Shown here piece after piece: positions 20,981 through 31,026 of a DNA stretch of 47,298 nt. The stretch lies in sequence record SRR16203515_1468. The stretch is one strand, 5' to 3'. The notes under the pieces were generated by a model that made no database searches, was not told the origin of the DNA, and saw only the letters and a program-made list of their open reading frames with translations. A program made the translations under genes and the position numbers. The number at the start of each line of letters is the position of its first letter. The first letter of the stretch is position 1.

Positions 20981-21165
20981 GCGGTAATTTTATCATCAGC
21001 AACAAAATATTGATTTACAGCAATTTAAGTACTTAGACCAAGCCTACATTTGCTAAAGTTAAACCAATATTTTGTGCACATCTTCAAAGTTTAACGCTTA
21101 AATTTTGTCAGCTCATACTAAGCCTTTTATTATATGAATAACCCAGTAAGGCACTAAGGTATCCC

Positions 21166-21561
21166 ATGGCATTTGAACAGCTTCTCAGTGGCAAGCTTCT
21201 TCGCGAATTCGAAACAATTTCCGCTATGGTGAAAATCTATTGCAAAGCTCACCATAAGGATGCATCCGCTCATCCATGCGTCGAGTGCGATGACTTTATC
21301 GAATATGCTCACACCCGCTTAGATCGTTGCCCTTACGGTCAAGAAAAGCCAACTTGCAATAAATGTCCAGTGCATTGTTATAAGCCACATATGAAAGCTA
21401 AAGCACGCGAAATTATGATTTTTGCAGGCCCTAGAATGCTGCTACCACATCCAATAATGGCTATACGTCACTTGATGTCGGAACGTAAACCTGCGCCAGG
21501 AAAACCACCTAAGGCACACTCTAATCGCCATCAGCGAATTAGCATTTCTAATCAAGATTAA
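21166..21561 (+). CDS. YgbA-like 'nitrous oxide-stimulated promoter' family protein
   Basis: RE..TI.AMV.IYC, C.EC, YA..RLDRCPYG..KPTC..CPVHCYKP, GPRMLL.HP. Confidence 0.85.
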   Translation: MAFEQLLSGKLLREFETISAMVKIYCKAHHKDASAHPCVECDDFIEYAHTRLDRCPYGQEKPTCNKCPVHCYKPHMKAKAREIMIFAGPRMLLPHPIMAIRHLMSERKPAPGKPPKAHSNRHQRISISNQD

Positions 21562-21604
21562 TATCTAAACTTGCCTTCGTTCTTGCAAGTAAATTAACAG
21601 CCCA

Positions 21605-21629
21605 AAAAGCCTTGTTACATAAGGCTTTT
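21605..21629 (+). terminator. Intrinsic terminator after the YgbA-like gene
   Basis: aaaagcctt-gttacat-aaggctttt. Confidence 0.65.
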
Positions 21630-21778
21630 ATTCTAAATTTATAATTTTTTCAATCCAGTTCCAGCGCTGTCCTTGTCGTATACAGAATTCACTACTAGAC
21701 TTTTGAAAAGTAAAAGGACTTATTCCAAACTGAGGCTAATTTAGCTCAGTTGCGGTTTACGGCACGGAGGCTGGTAGT

Positions 21779-22981
21779 TTGAGCAAAGAAATCCTACTCG
21801 TTGAAGATAACAAAGTCATGCAACTATTGATGACTAACAAACTGTCTTCACGAGGTTACCAAGTAGTCACAGCACTCAACGGTGTTGAGGCGCTCGCTCA
21901 ACTAGAAAAGCACCCTTCTATTCAACTTGTGTTGAGCGACTGGATGATGCCTGAGCTAAACGGTATCGAACTTTGCTTCCATTTAAAATCCCCCGATTAT
22001 GGCCGCTATATTTTCTTTGTCTTATTGTCCGGCCGCGATGATGATGACTCTATCGTTGAGGGAATTAATGCTGGTGCCGATGACTTTGTTGCCAAAGAAA
22101 CCAATATCAATGAGCTCGATGCTAGGTTAAAGGCAGGGTTTAGAACCTTAGAGTTACATAATCAACTGGTCGCCAAAAATATCGAGTTAGACCGCGCTTA
22201 CGCCACCATTCATCAAGACTTAGACTCGGCCAACGCGCTAATTCAGCGCATGTTACCTAGTCAAACCACCTTTCCCGGAGTCGAACTACATTATACCCAT
22301 GTACCCAGTGCGCAAATTGGCGGTGACATGCTAGGTTGCATGCAACTCGATGAAGAGCATGTCGCAGTTTACTTATTTGATGTTGCAGGGCATGGAGTAG
22401 CCTCTGCATTAATGTCTTTTGCCATCCAGCAAAGTATTAGCGCTAACTCAGGTACCCATTCCAATGTAAAACGAAAGAAAGATACCGACCCGTTTTATAT
22501 GCTGAGAGATCCTAGCGAGGTACTTTCTCGCCTCAATCAAAGTTATCTAAGCCAAAACAATAACAACCTATATTTCACCATGGTCTACGCGGTGTTAAAT
22601 ATCCGTAACGGCACCTTAAGCTACGCCAGTGCCGGTCATCCTCCGATGATTTGGTTGCAAACCAACAAGCAATCCTCGCAGTTTATTGAACAAGACAGCT
22701 TTGTCGCTGGCATGTTTGATTTTGCCAGTTACAAAACAGAGCAGGTGCAACTTAATCACGGCGATCGCCTATTTCTATATTCAGATGGCATAACTGAAGC
22801 CGAATCGGCCAGTAAACAACAATACTCAGAGCTCGGCCTTAAACAACTAGTACAAGAGCTCGCTCACAAGCCTGCAAATGCGCAAACCGAAACCATAGTT
22901 AATATTGTAAAAAACTGGTGTGGCATTGAACAATTTGACGACGACATCAGCTTGTTAACCTTTGAATGGAAAGGTAATTAA
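21779..22981 (+). CDS. Response regulator with PP2C (SpoIIE/RsbU-type) phosphatase output
   Basis: TTG start with GGAGG; REC domain (VEDN, SDWMMP); PP2C motifs GGD, DVAGHG, YSDGITE, DDISL. Confidence 0.9.
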   Translation: MSKEILLVEDNKVMQLLMTNKLSSRGYQVVTALNGVEALAQLEKHPSIQLVLSDWMMPELNGIELCFHLKSPDYGRYIFFVLLSGRDDDDSIVEGINAGADDFVAKETNINELDARLKAGFRTLELHNQLVAKNIELDRAYATIHQDLDSANALIQRMLPSQTTFPGVELHYTHVPSAQIGGDMLGCMQLDEEHVAVYLFDVAGHGVASALMSFAIQQSISANSGTHSNVKRKKDTDPFYMLRDPSEVLSRLNQSYLSQNNNNLYFTMVYAVLNIRNGTLSYASAGHPPMIWLQTNKQSSQFIEQDSFVAGMFDFASYKTEQVQLNHGDRLFLYSDGITEAESASKQQYSELGLKQLVQELAHKPANAQTETIVNIVKNWCGIEQFDDDISLLTFEWKGN

Positions 22982-22994
22982 AAGAGGAAATATT

Positions 22995-23327
22995 ATGCAA
23001 TTCGAAATAATTGAGAAAGGCCAATATACAGTCATTCAGGTCAATGAAGCTCGATTTGATGCCAAACTTGCCCCCTCTTTTCGAGAGGAGCTTGAAAGTA
23101 TCAAAGGCAATATACGCGACCATTTAGTCCTCGACCTAGGTGGAGTGCGCTTTATGGATAGCAGTGGGCTTGGTGCCGTGATGGGGGCGTATAAAATGCT
23201 ACGCAATACTAAGATCAGTATAGTTAATCCACAAAAACCTATTGTCGATCTCCTCAAGCTCACCCGTATGGATAAGCTAATTCTCAGCCACCCAACAATT
23301 GAAGCAGCAGTCGCAGCAACCGCTTAA
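22995..23327 (+). CDS. STAS-domain anti-sigma-factor antagonist (RsbV/SpoIIAA-like)
   Basis: ATG at 22995 with GAGG; LDLGGVRFMDSSGLG containing the phosphorylatable Ser. Confidence 0.9.
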   Translation: MQFEIIEKGQYTVIQVNEARFDAKLAPSFREELESIKGNIRDHLVLDLGGVRFMDSSGLGAVMGAYKMLRNTKISIVNPQKPIVDLLKLTRMDKLILSHPTIEAAVAATA

Positions 23328-23343
23328 TACAGAGGTAAATATA

Positions 23344-24537
23344 ATGAAAGGGATGATCCTCGCCGCAGGGAAAGGCACACGAATAAAACCTATCTCTTAT
23401 GCGATTCCAAAACCTATGATTCCTATCCTAGGCAAACCAGTGATGGAATCAATGATCCAACTATTTGCTAAGCATGGTATTGATAAGGTTGTTATCAATA
23501 CTAGTCACTTAGCTGAAGTCATTGAAAACTACTTTGGTGATGGCCACCATTTCAATGTACAGCTTTCCTATTCTTATGAAGCCAAAGAGGTTAACGGTAA
23601 ATTTATTAGCCAAGCCCTAGGAAGCGCTGGCGGGATGAGGAAGATCCAAGATTTTTCCGGTTTTTTTGACGAAACATTTGTCGTAGTGTGTGGTGATGCG
23701 TGGATAGATCTGGATCTAAAACAAGCCATTGAACACCATAAAAAACATGGTGGACTCGCCACTATTATTACCCGCGAAGTCGACCCATCGGAAGTCAGTA
23801 AATACGGCGTAGTCGTCACCGACAAATTTAATCAAGTGACCAGCTTTCAAGAAAAGCCTGCTGCAGAAGAAGCACTATCTAACAACATCAATACAGGAAT
23901 TTATATCTTTGAGCCGGCAATTTTTGATTTTATACCCAAGAACATTGAATTTGATATAGGTAGCGACCTATTCCCTTTGCTCGTAGAAAGACAGGCCAAC
24001 TTCTACGCGATAAAAATGGACTTCCAATGGCTCGATGTTGGTAAGGTAAAAGATATTTGGGAAGTTACCAGCGACATACTTAATGGCAAGGTAAAGGGAT
24101 ACCCGATCCCCGGCACTCAAGTTTCTCCTGGTGTTTGGGTCGGTATTAATACCCGAGTTGATATCAGTCAATGCAAAATCACTCCACCAGTACTCATCAG
24201 TAGCGGCTCTGAAGTTCAAGATGGTGCCACCATTATAGGCCCAGCCGTTATTGGCGCTAACTGTAAAGTTGAAAGTAAGAGTTTGGTTAGTAACACCCTC
24301 ATTTGTGATTATATTCACTTAGCTGACGACGCCTATATTGTGAATAAAACCATGTTTGGCGATTACCTATTAGGCCATGATGGCTACACCCAAAAGTTAG
24401 CCGAGTGCCAATACGTCAATATTCTTAAAAACCGTAATGTCTCTAGGCCATTACTCGCAAAATCAAATATCGAAGACGCTGAAAATCGACCGCTAAACTC
24501 AACGAGCTCTTCGGCACTTTTGCAGCAAGTCAAATAG
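23344..24537 (+). CDS. Sugar-phosphate nucleotidyltransferase, CugP-like (probable UDP-glucose pyrophosphorylase; often auto-annotated as mannose-1-P guanylyltransferase)
   Basis: MILAAGKGTR.KP...IPKPMIPI, LGSAGG..KIQDFSGFFDETFVVVCGDA, FQEKP, INTGIYIFEP, C-terminal left-handed beta-helix repeats. Confidence 0.8.
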   Translation: MKGMILAAGKGTRIKPISYAIPKPMIPILGKPVMESMIQLFAKHGIDKVVINTSHLAEVIENYFGDGHHFNVQLSYSYEAKEVNGKFISQALGSAGGMRKIQDFSGFFDETFVVVCGDAWIDLDLKQAIEHHKKHGGLATIITREVDPSEVSKYGVVVTDKFNQVTSFQEKPAAEEALSNNINTGIYIFEPAIFDFIPKNIEFDIGSDLFPLLVERQANFYAIKMDFQWLDVGKVKDIWEVTSDILNGKVKGYPIPGTQVSPGVWVGINTRVDISQCKITPPVLISSGSEVQDGATIIGPAVIGANCKVESKSLVSNTLICDYIHLADDAYIVNKTMFGDYLLGHDGYTQKLAECQYVNILKNRNVSRPLLAKSNIEDAENRPLNSTSSSALLQQVK

Positions 24538-24547
24538 GAATTTTTCA

Positions 24548-24991
24548 GTGAATACAAGGACGTTTCACAAACAATATACCAGCAGTTTAGAAGCCTCGCG
24601 CCTTGTGGCTGATGATCTAGTGCCTTTTTGGCAACAACTTAATGTAGATCTCAGCGTTATTGGCCAAATGGAGCTTTGCCTAGTTGAAGTTGTTAATAAC
24701 GTCTTTGAGCATGCTTACGGCAATACTGAAGGGCCACTATTCGACATAAGCTCATATCTCAATCACAAGCAGCAACTCACCATTGAGATCTCTGACTATG
24801 GCAGCGCCATGCCTAAACATATTCTCGAGAACTTGCCTACAGCAGAGTTTGTTGAGCCAGTAGCTGATGATCCAACAACTTGGCTGCAAAGCAGTAGAGG
24901 CTTGAAGATCGTACAAGAGTTAACTGACACCATAGAGTACACATCAACAGATAAACGCAACACATTCAAACTCTTAAAAGAAGCAGGTTAG
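24548..24991 (+). CDS. Anti-sigma-factor Ser/Thr kinase (RsbW/SpoIIAB-like HATPase)
   Basis: ELCLVEVVNNVFEHAY N-box, ISDYG G1, SRGLKIV G2-like; GTG start. Confidence 0.85.
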   Translation: MNTRTFHKQYTSSLEASRLVADDLVPFWQQLNVDLSVIGQMELCLVEVVNNVFEHAYGNTEGPLFDISSYLNHKQQLTIEISDYGSAMPKHILENLPTAEFVEPVADDPTTWLQSSRGLKIVQELTDTIEYTSTDKRNTFKLLKEAG

Positions 24992-25061
24992 AGCTGGATT
25001 GATGCCTTTAGCCCTGCTAGCTGATGGCTAAGCTAACAGTACGTATACGGAGAATAGCTAG

Positions 25062-26918
25062 ATGGATTTTTACTTCAACGAGTTTGAAAAGCGTAAGCCA
25101 CCGCAAGCAACGCCTTATAGCCTGCCGAGAGAGCTGCTTTATCAATACCTAGCAACCTGCAATATCTGCCTCGGACTGTGGTATCTCATATGGCGCTGGG
25201 GCTTTGCTCTAAACTATGACGCTATGTGGTTTTCACTGCCGCTAGCCTTTGCCGAGTCATGTGCATTTATCGGTACCATCTTATTTACTTTTAATCTTTG
25301 GAAAACCAAAGACGAGCCACAACAAAGCCCACCAAGCTCAATCAATCAATGTATTAAAGAGCCAATGGATGACAGACCTGTAAGTGTCGATATTCTATTT
25401 CCCACTTATGATGAAGAGCCAGAGCTTGTTGCTTTGAGCATTAAAGATGCCCTCAAAGTAACCTACCCACACGATATTGAAATCCGCATTTTCATTCTCG
25501 ACGACGGGAAAAGACCAGAGATGGCGCAACTGGCAGCCGATCTCAATGTTGAATACATTACTCGAGACAGCAATATTGGCTATAAGGCAGGTAACCTTAG
25601 GAACGCTTTAGAACAAACTTATGGCGACTTTATTGTGATCTGCGATGCCGATACTCGGCCCTTCCCCAACATACTGACTAATACCCTAGGTTATTTTAAA
25701 GATCCCGATGTTGCCTGGGTACAAACACCACAATGGTTCTTTGATCTCCCAGCTGGTGAGCGTTTACCTTTATGGCTCAAGCGTCGCCTAGGAACACCAT
25801 TTGGCTGGCTCGGCAGTGCTTTTGAAAAACTCTATGGCCCGGTCACATTAGGCAAAGACCCATTCGCCAATGACCCACAAATGTTTTACGACGTCATTCA
25901 ACGCAGGCGTAATTGGGCCAATGCATCATTTTGCTGCGGCGCCGGCTCGATTCATCGCCGTGAAGCAGTCATGGAGGCAGCGCTGCGTAGCTATAGTCAG
26001 CAAATTAGCCAAGAGCATGACGCGGTAGAAAAACAAATTCGCAAGCTGACTAAAGAAAAGCAAGTCGATAGCAGTATCTCCAGTAACCTACGCCAGGAGA
26101 TCATCTTTGATACTGAGTTTACGCCCTACAAATTCCATGTCTCTGAAGACATTTATACCTCGCTTATCCTACATGGCGACACTGAACGTCAATGGCGTTC
26201 CATCCAGCACCCACAGATAGAAAGCAAAATGCTCTCGCCGCAAGATTTACAAAGCTGGACCGTGCAAAGATTTAAATATTCTGGCGGCTCTATCGATATC
26301 TTTATGAACGATAACCCTTTATTTAAAAAAGGCATGAGCCTCAAACAGAAGTTTATGTATGGAGCAAGCTTCTGGTCTAACTTATCGGCTATTTGGAATA
26401 TCATTTTCCTCGCCTGCCCCATTGTTTACTTTCTCACAAGCATCGCGCCTGTTAGTGCTTACGACACCGCTTTCTATTTGCACTTTTTACCCTTTGTCAT
26501 TACTGCTGAACTGGCCATGATGGTCGGAACCTGGGGCATTGCAGGGTATCAAGGTAAAACCAACTTTTTATCGTTTTTCCCTGTCAATTTAAAAGCTTTA
26601 TGGACGGTATTACGCGGCAAGAAAATCAGCTTTCCTACCACACCGAAAAATCGACAACAGGGACGTTTTTTACACTTAGTGATCCCACAGATTGCCGTCC
26701 TAGCATTAAGTGCTGCCAGCATGGGATTTGCCTGGTATGCCTATAGCGCACAGCTATTTGGTAACTACTCTCTCGGCGGCTTAATTTTAAATAGTTTTTG
26801 GGCCCTAAATAACATGATGGCGATGTGGGGAATGATCGCCGCAGCTTGCTGGTCGCCACCAGCGTCAAATGAACCCAGCCAAGTAAACGTAGAGGAGTTA
26901 AATTATGGAATCGACTAG
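25062..26918 (+). CDS. Processive membrane GT2 glycosyltransferase, cellulose synthase-like, lacking PilZ
   Basis: 2 N-terminal TM; PTYDE, DDG, KAGN, DAD, QTPQ, FCCGAG, SED, QRFKY; several C-terminal TM. Confidence 0.85.
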   Translation: MDFYFNEFEKRKPPQATPYSLPRELLYQYLATCNICLGLWYLIWRWGFALNYDAMWFSLPLAFAESCAFIGTILFTFNLWKTKDEPQQSPPSSINQCIKEPMDDRPVSVDILFPTYDEEPELVALSIKDALKVTYPHDIEIRIFILDDGKRPEMAQLAADLNVEYITRDSNIGYKAGNLRNALEQTYGDFIVICDADTRPFPNILTNTLGYFKDPDVAWVQTPQWFFDLPAGERLPLWLKRRLGTPFGWLGSAFEKLYGPVTLGKDPFANDPQMFYDVIQRRRNWANASFCCGAGSIHRREAVMEAALRSYSQQISQEHDAVEKQIRKLTKEKQVDSSISSNLRQEIIFDTEFTPYKFHVSEDIYTSLILHGDTERQWRSIQHPQIESKMLSPQDLQSWTVQRFKYSGGSIDIFMNDNPLFKKGMSLKQKFMYGASFWSNLSAIWNIIFLACPIVYFLTSIAPVSAYDTAFYLHFLPFVITAELAMMVGTWGIAGYQGKTNFLSFFPVNLKALWTVLRGKKISFPTTPKNRQQGRFLHLVIPQIAVLALSAASMGFAWYAYSAQLFGNYSLGGLILNSFWALNNMMAMWGMIAAACWSPPASNEPSQVNVEELNYGID

Positions 26919-28230
26919 CTCATGGGTTAAAGCGCGCCACCACATTGTTTTTTTAGCCGGCCTTTTTACCGCTTTAGTCATTGCATTTACGATTGAAACC
27001 CGCGAATACAATCAAGTGTTGGGTAACCTATCGTTTACCCCAAGCGAGCCAATTCCATTTCGAGAAAGCCGAGTATTAACCGATGAGGAATATCAATGGG
27101 CCAATATTGCATGGCAGTATTTTGAAAATAACTACCAAGACAACACCGGCTTAGTTAATTCTGTTGACGGTTACCCATCGACAACCATGTGGGATACGGC
27201 TTCATATTTAATGGCCTTAATTTCAGCCCATAGGCTTAATGTCATAGGCTTTGAGGAATTTAGCCTTAAAACTGAAAAAGCCCTTAATTCACTCGCGCGC
27301 CTACCATTAGTAAGAGACGAACTCCCTAATAAAGCCTACAACACTCAAACATTGGCCATGGTTGACTACGACAATACCCCAGTAGAAGGCGGCATCGGCT
27401 GGTCGGCGATTGATATTGGCCGAATATTGGTGCCGATGAATATTTTAATCTGGCAGTACCCGCAATTTAATCGCCAAGTAAATGCGGTATTAGAACATTG
27501 GCAAATTACCGCGATGACCATAGATGGATACATGTATGGCTCGAGGCTCTCCGCTAGCAACACAATAGAGCTGGTGCAGGAGGGGCGTATCGGCTATGAA
27601 GAATATGCTTCTAAAGCATTGAGTTTAATGGGGCGCGATGTATTTAACGCCCTTAAATATGCTGACTATTTAAAACTTATCAACATTAACGGTGTAGATA
27701 TTCCAACCGATAGCCGCGATCCTGCCAAGTATCATGCTCATAACTATGTTGTGAGTGAATCTTATATTCTCGACAGCATAGAATTTGGCGGTGACAGTAT
27801 CTCTAAGGTATTTGCCTATCGTGTTTATAAAGCGCAAGAAGCGCGCTTTCAACAAAAAGGTATTCTTACCGCTGTAAGCGAAGACCACATAGACCAAGCC
27901 CCGTATTTTGTTTACAACACAGTGTTTTCAGATGGCAAAAAGTGGAACTCAATTACCGATACAGGCGAAGATGCTTCTGCTTATAAAACCCTTTCAACCA
28001 AAGCAGCCTTTGGCTGGTACTCGCTATACGACACCCCTTATGCAACCAAGTTAATCAACGGCGTCAACCAACTTAACTCCGACTCCGAAGGTTGGTATTC
28101 AGGCTTATATGAAAGCAATGGTGAAATAAATAAAACACTTACAGCAAACACCAACGGCATTGTTTTAGAGTCACTCGCCTATATCCAGAGTGGTTCTTTA
28201 CTCAATATTGGTGTTGACGCTCAACAATAA
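26905..28230 (+). CDS. DUF3131 family protein, paralogue 1 (N-terminal membrane anchor)
   Basis: AWQYFENN...TGLVNSVDGYPSTTMWD, ELPNKAYNT, GWSAIDIGR, QEGRIGYEEYA, TANTNGIVLE. Confidence 0.8.
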   Translation: MESTSSWVKARHHIVFLAGLFTALVIAFTIETREYNQVLGNLSFTPSEPIPFRESRVLTDEEYQWANIAWQYFENNYQDNTGLVNSVDGYPSTTMWDTASYLMALISAHRLNVIGFEEFSLKTEKALNSLARLPLVRDELPNKAYNTQTLAMVDYDNTPVEGGIGWSAIDIGRILVPMNILIWQYPQFNRQVNAVLEHWQITAMTIDGYMYGSRLSASNTIELVQEGRIGYEEYASKALSLMGRDVFNALKYADYLKLININGVDIPTDSRDPAKYHAHNYVVSESYILDSIEFGGDSISKVFAYRVYKAQEARFQQKGILTAVSEDHIDQAPYFVYNTVFSDGKKWNSITDTGEDASAYKTLSTKAAFGWYSLYDTPYATKLINGVNQLNSDSEGWYSGLYESNGEINKTLTANTNGIVLESLAYIQSGSLLNIGVDAQQ

Positions 28231-28240
28231 AGGGGACTGT

Positions 28241-29635
28241 ATGCGCTTAGTACCACTATTATGCTTAACATGTGCCCTGACGGCTTGCGGCAATAGCTAT
28301 CAAGGCTTTTCAAATGACATAGTCAAACGACATAACCACTGGGATACACCTGAACCGCGCTCAGGAGATCTCACCGAAAAAGAACTGGAAATGGCAACCA
28401 TTGCCTGGAAGTACTTTGAAAATAACTATCAAGAATCCACAGGGCTGGTTAATGCGGTAAATAACTATCCATCGGTTACCTGGTGGGATGCATCATCTTA
28501 CTTAGCTGGCATGGTAAGCGCATTAGAGTTTGGCATCATTAAGCGCGAAGAGTTTGATCGCCGCTTTACCAAGTTTATCACCACTCTCAACACCATAGAT
28601 CTGTTTATGGGTGAGCTGCCCAACAAAGCCTACAACACACAGAATGCAGCAAAAGTAGATTACGCTAACCAGCCTGGTGAGATTGGCTATTCTGCTTTAG
28701 ATCTTGGGAGACTGCTTATCTGGCTGCACATCATTAAACATCGTTTTCCACAATATGCCAGTGCTATCGACTCAGCAGTTTTACGCTGGAACTTTTGCAA
28801 TGTTGTTGATGAAAACGGCACCATGTTTGGCGCGCTTCTAGAACCTGGCAAGCCAGTTCAGTACTTACAAGAAGGCCGCTTAGGCTATGAAGAATACGCA
28901 GCCAAAGGATTCGAATTGTGGGGGTTTAATGCCGATCAGGCATTGATGCCTGAGCCTTACGCAACAATCAATATGTACGGCTATGATATCCCTTACGACA
29001 CACGAGATCCCCGCAAACTCAAAGCTCATAGTTATGTAGTGACAGAAAGCTATGTTTTAGATGGTATTGAACTTGGCTGGGACGTTACGAGTGATAGAAC
29101 TGCTCACGATGACGATTATAGCCACGACTGGGTCGCTGATTTTGCGCTGCAAATCTATCGAGTTCAAGAAAAGCGTTATCACGAGACCGGCATTATTACC
29201 GCTCGTACTGAGCATCAATTAGCAGGCGCGCCCTACTTTGTTTACGACACCATTTATACCGACGGTTTTGCTTGGAATACCATTTCAGAAGCCGGAGAGT
29301 TCTTACCCCAATATGCGGCGGTAGCGATTAAAGGCGCCATGGGTATGTGGGTATTATGGGATACTGAGTATACCGATTTGCTGTTTGAGCATGTGAGTAA
29401 TGTTTACGACCGAGAGAAAGGCTTTTACGAAGGTATTTATGAAAATGGCACAGGCTTAATCAATACTTTCACCTCAAACAATAACGGCATTTTACTAGAG
29501 ATCTTACTCTACAAAAAACAAGGCAAGCTACTGCAATATCAAGATAAAACAGCACCAAGCCTTTGGGACAAAGCGCTCAATAATCCTTTTGAATATCAAA
29601 ACCAATGCTTACCTAAACAGTTAGCATCGCAATAA
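28241..29635 (+). CDS. DUF3131 family lipoprotein, paralogue 2
   Basis: ATG at 28241 after AGGGG; lipobox LTAC; same motifs (AWKYFENN, GYSALDLGR, QEGRLGYEEYA). Confidence 0.8.
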   Translation: MRLVPLLCLTCALTACGNSYQGFSNDIVKRHNHWDTPEPRSGDLTEKELEMATIAWKYFENNYQESTGLVNAVNNYPSVTWWDASSYLAGMVSALEFGIIKREEFDRRFTKFITTLNTIDLFMGELPNKAYNTQNAAKVDYANQPGEIGYSALDLGRLLIWLHIIKHRFPQYASAIDSAVLRWNFCNVVDENGTMFGALLEPGKPVQYLQEGRLGYEEYAAKGFELWGFNADQALMPEPYATINMYGYDIPYDTRDPRKLKAHSYVVTESYVLDGIELGWDVTSDRTAHDDDYSHDWVADFALQIYRVQEKRYHETGIITARTEHQLAGAPYFVYDTIYTDGFAWNTISEAGEFLPQYAAVAIKGAMGMWVLWDTEYTDLLFEHVSNVYDREKGFYEGIYENGTGLINTFTSNNNGILLEILLYKKQGKLLQYQDKTAPSLWDKALNNPFEYQNQCLPKQLASQ

Positions 29636-29643
29636 GGCCTTCT

Positions 29644-31026
29644 ATGCACAGATATGGTGCGCTAGCGCTAATCGTTGTTTGTCTACAAGGCTGTGGTCTT
29701 ATCTATCAAGGGGTGCAGTCAGGCGTTTCAGGGGTGAATCAGTCACAACTGCTTCGCCAAGGGCGCCATGGGGAGCTCAACGAGCAAGAGCTTGTGTGGG
29801 CCAATACTGCATGGCGTTATTTCAGCAATAATACCCAACTCGCTACCGGACTCGTTAATTCTATTGATAATTATCCAACTATGGATATGACCTCATTAGC
29901 AGACTATTTGATTGCATTGCAGGCCGCTAAACAGTTCGAGCTGATTTCATCACGAGAGCACGATGAGCGGCTCACCATGGTGATCGATTTTTTGGCAAAC
30001 ATGCCGCTCACTCGCCAAGGTGTGCCCAATAAAGTTTATTCCACCAGCAATAGAGGCATGGTCGATTATGCCAATCAAAGTGCAGAACTTGGTTGGTCAG
30101 CCATCGATATTGGTCGCTTACTTATTTCGCTGGCGATAACCAAACAGAATAATCCCCAATTTGCCGAATACATAGATAAAGGCGTACTGAGATGGAATTT
30201 TTGTAGCCTTGTTTCTGAACAAGGTGAGCTATACGGCGGTAATATTTCTGGGGGCCAAGTTCACCCATACAAAGAGGGACGACTGGGTATAGAAGAGTAT
30301 GCATCTTATGGCTATTTAGATTGGGGGATTATTCCCCATAGAAATATAAGCCTCGAACCCTATGAAGTGATTACTATCAATGGCATTGATCTACTCTTTG
30401 ATGGCAGAGATCCACGCTTTACCGATGTGCTGAGACCTGTTTTTAGTACACCCTACCTGTGGCTAGGATTGGAATTTAATTGGGACGATATCGATGATCT
30501 CAGTTCATCCGATGCTTCTCATAGCAATGATGGCTTAGCCGCAATGGCCGACTCTATTTATTTAGTGCAGCAAAGCCGATGGCAGCAAGAACGTATTTAT
30601 ACCGCCAGAGGTGAGCACGTTGTCTCGGGTGAGCCTTACTTTGTTTACGATGCAATTTACGCACTTGGCACTCCTTGGATAACGGTAGCTGAAGATGGCA
30701 GTAGCCATGATCAGTTGGCATTAGTTTCAACCCGAGTCGCATTTCAAATGTGGGCTCTTTGGAAAACTGACTACACCGAAAAACTACTCACCTTAGTGCA
30801 AGAGATGTATCACCCTCAGCGCGGCTGGTATGAAGGGCGCTATGAACGCTCTAGTGCCTATGAAAAAAGCATTACCTTAAAAACTAATGCTGGAGTATTG
30901 GAAGCCTTGCTCTATAAACAGGTAGGTAAGTTGTACCAGCCAAATAGCGACAAGCAATATCGTGACGTTCGCTTTAACTCGCGCTTTAATCATCCCGGAA
31001 AATGCCTAACGGAGACCTTCAAATGA
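29644..31026 (+). CDS. DUF3131 family lipoprotein, paralogue 3
   Basis: Lipobox LQGC; AWRYFSNN, GWSAIDIGR, KEGRLGIEEYA. Confidence 0.8.
   Translation: MHRYGALALIVVCLQGCGLIYQGVQSGVSGVNQSQLLRQGRHGELNEQELVWANTAWRYFSNNTQLATGLVNSIDNYPTMDMTSLADYLIALQAAKQFELISSREHDERLTMVIDFLANMPLTRQGVPNKVYSTSNRGMVDYANQSAELGWSAIDIGRLLISLAITKQNNPQFAEYIDKGVLRWNFCSLVSEQGELYGGNISGGQVHPYKEGRLGIEEYASYGYLDWGIIPHRNISLEPYEVITINGIDLLFDGRDPRFTDVLRPVFSTPYLWLGLEFNWDDIDDLSSSDASHSNDGLAAMADSIYLVQQSRWQQERIYTARGEHVVSGEPYFVYDAIYALGTPWITVAEDGSSHDQLALVSTRVAFQMWALWKTDYTEKLLTLVQEMYHPQRGWYEGRYERSSAYEKSITLKTNAGVLEALLYKQVGKLYQPNSDKQYRDVRFNSRFNHPGKCLTETFK

Noticed and set aside
20633-21165. c-di-GMP, cobalamin or TPP riboswitch ahead of the TonB receptor
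   Set aside because: I could not find the conserved core sequences of these riboswitches by eye
21728-21751. Hairpin aactgag...ctcagtt in the leader of the PP2C gene
   Set aside because: Short stem with no U tract; function cannot be supported from sequence alone
25062-26918. Calling the GT2 bcsA and the locus a cellulose operon
   Set aside because: No PilZ domain, no QxxRW, and no bcsB/bcsZ/bcsC in the window
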